DNA of 64,000 nt from Nymphaea colorata (lineage: Eukaryota), in contig NC_045138.2 in assembly GCF_008831285.2 (NCBI RefSeq), positions 15,872,001 to 15,936,000 of the forward strand, given 5' to 3'. Positions within the stretch are counted from its first letter, which is position 1. Every line of letters begins with the position of its first letter. Under the pieces are notes generated by a model. That model ran no database searches. It was not told the origin of the DNA and saw nothing but the letters and a program-made list of their open reading frames with translations. Shown piece by piece: positions 63,649-64,000 of this stretch. Made by a program: the position numbers and the translations under genes.

Positions 63649-64000
63649 GTGCCTTTGCCTTGCGGAGAAATCTGGCTGGTACCTATTTGACTGTAAACAA
63701 AAGTTAATTGGGCAAGAATCCTTTTATTCCAGCTACAATCATTTAGTTGAGAAGCTCATTTCATGATTAATAGGCATGAAATTGTTGGGATATTCTAAAA
63801 GTTTATGGTAACAGAGACATGGAAAATGACCCACCATGGCTATCTGATGGCAAAAGAAGATAGGTAAACACAATCCCGTTTCCAACGCTTATGTAAGATG
63901 GTTTGGGACATGGCTCGGAAAAAAAGGGAAGCAGAATTATAAATATATTTCTGTTGTTGTTGTTGGATGGCGACTATATTTCACTGCCTAATTCCTATAT

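Overview
This is a plant (angiosperm) nuclear genomic window with spliced genes, microsatellites and MITE/LTR remnants; the species cannot be established from sequence alone. Gene order: 3' part of a PI-PLC X-domain protein gene (+, starts before the window), a 9-exon SPARK-ectodomain receptor-like kinase (+), an intronless subtilase (-), three tandem intronless SBT1.9-type subtilases (+), a 3-exon LEA_2-domain membrane protein (-), a 3-exon thaumatin-like/PR5 protein (-), and the first two exons of UFM1 (+). The most notable part is the subtilase cluster. All three tandem copies carry both phytaspase (Asp-specific subtilase) hallmarks: Asp before the mature TT N-terminus and His nine residues after the oxyanion Asn. 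The copies are mosaics of one another, a gene-less copy of their upstream region lies upstream of them, and copy 3 is bracketed by a ~1 kb inverted repeat. I found no evidence for a wholly new class of system. Exon boundaries and alignments were read by eye, and repeat limits are approximate.
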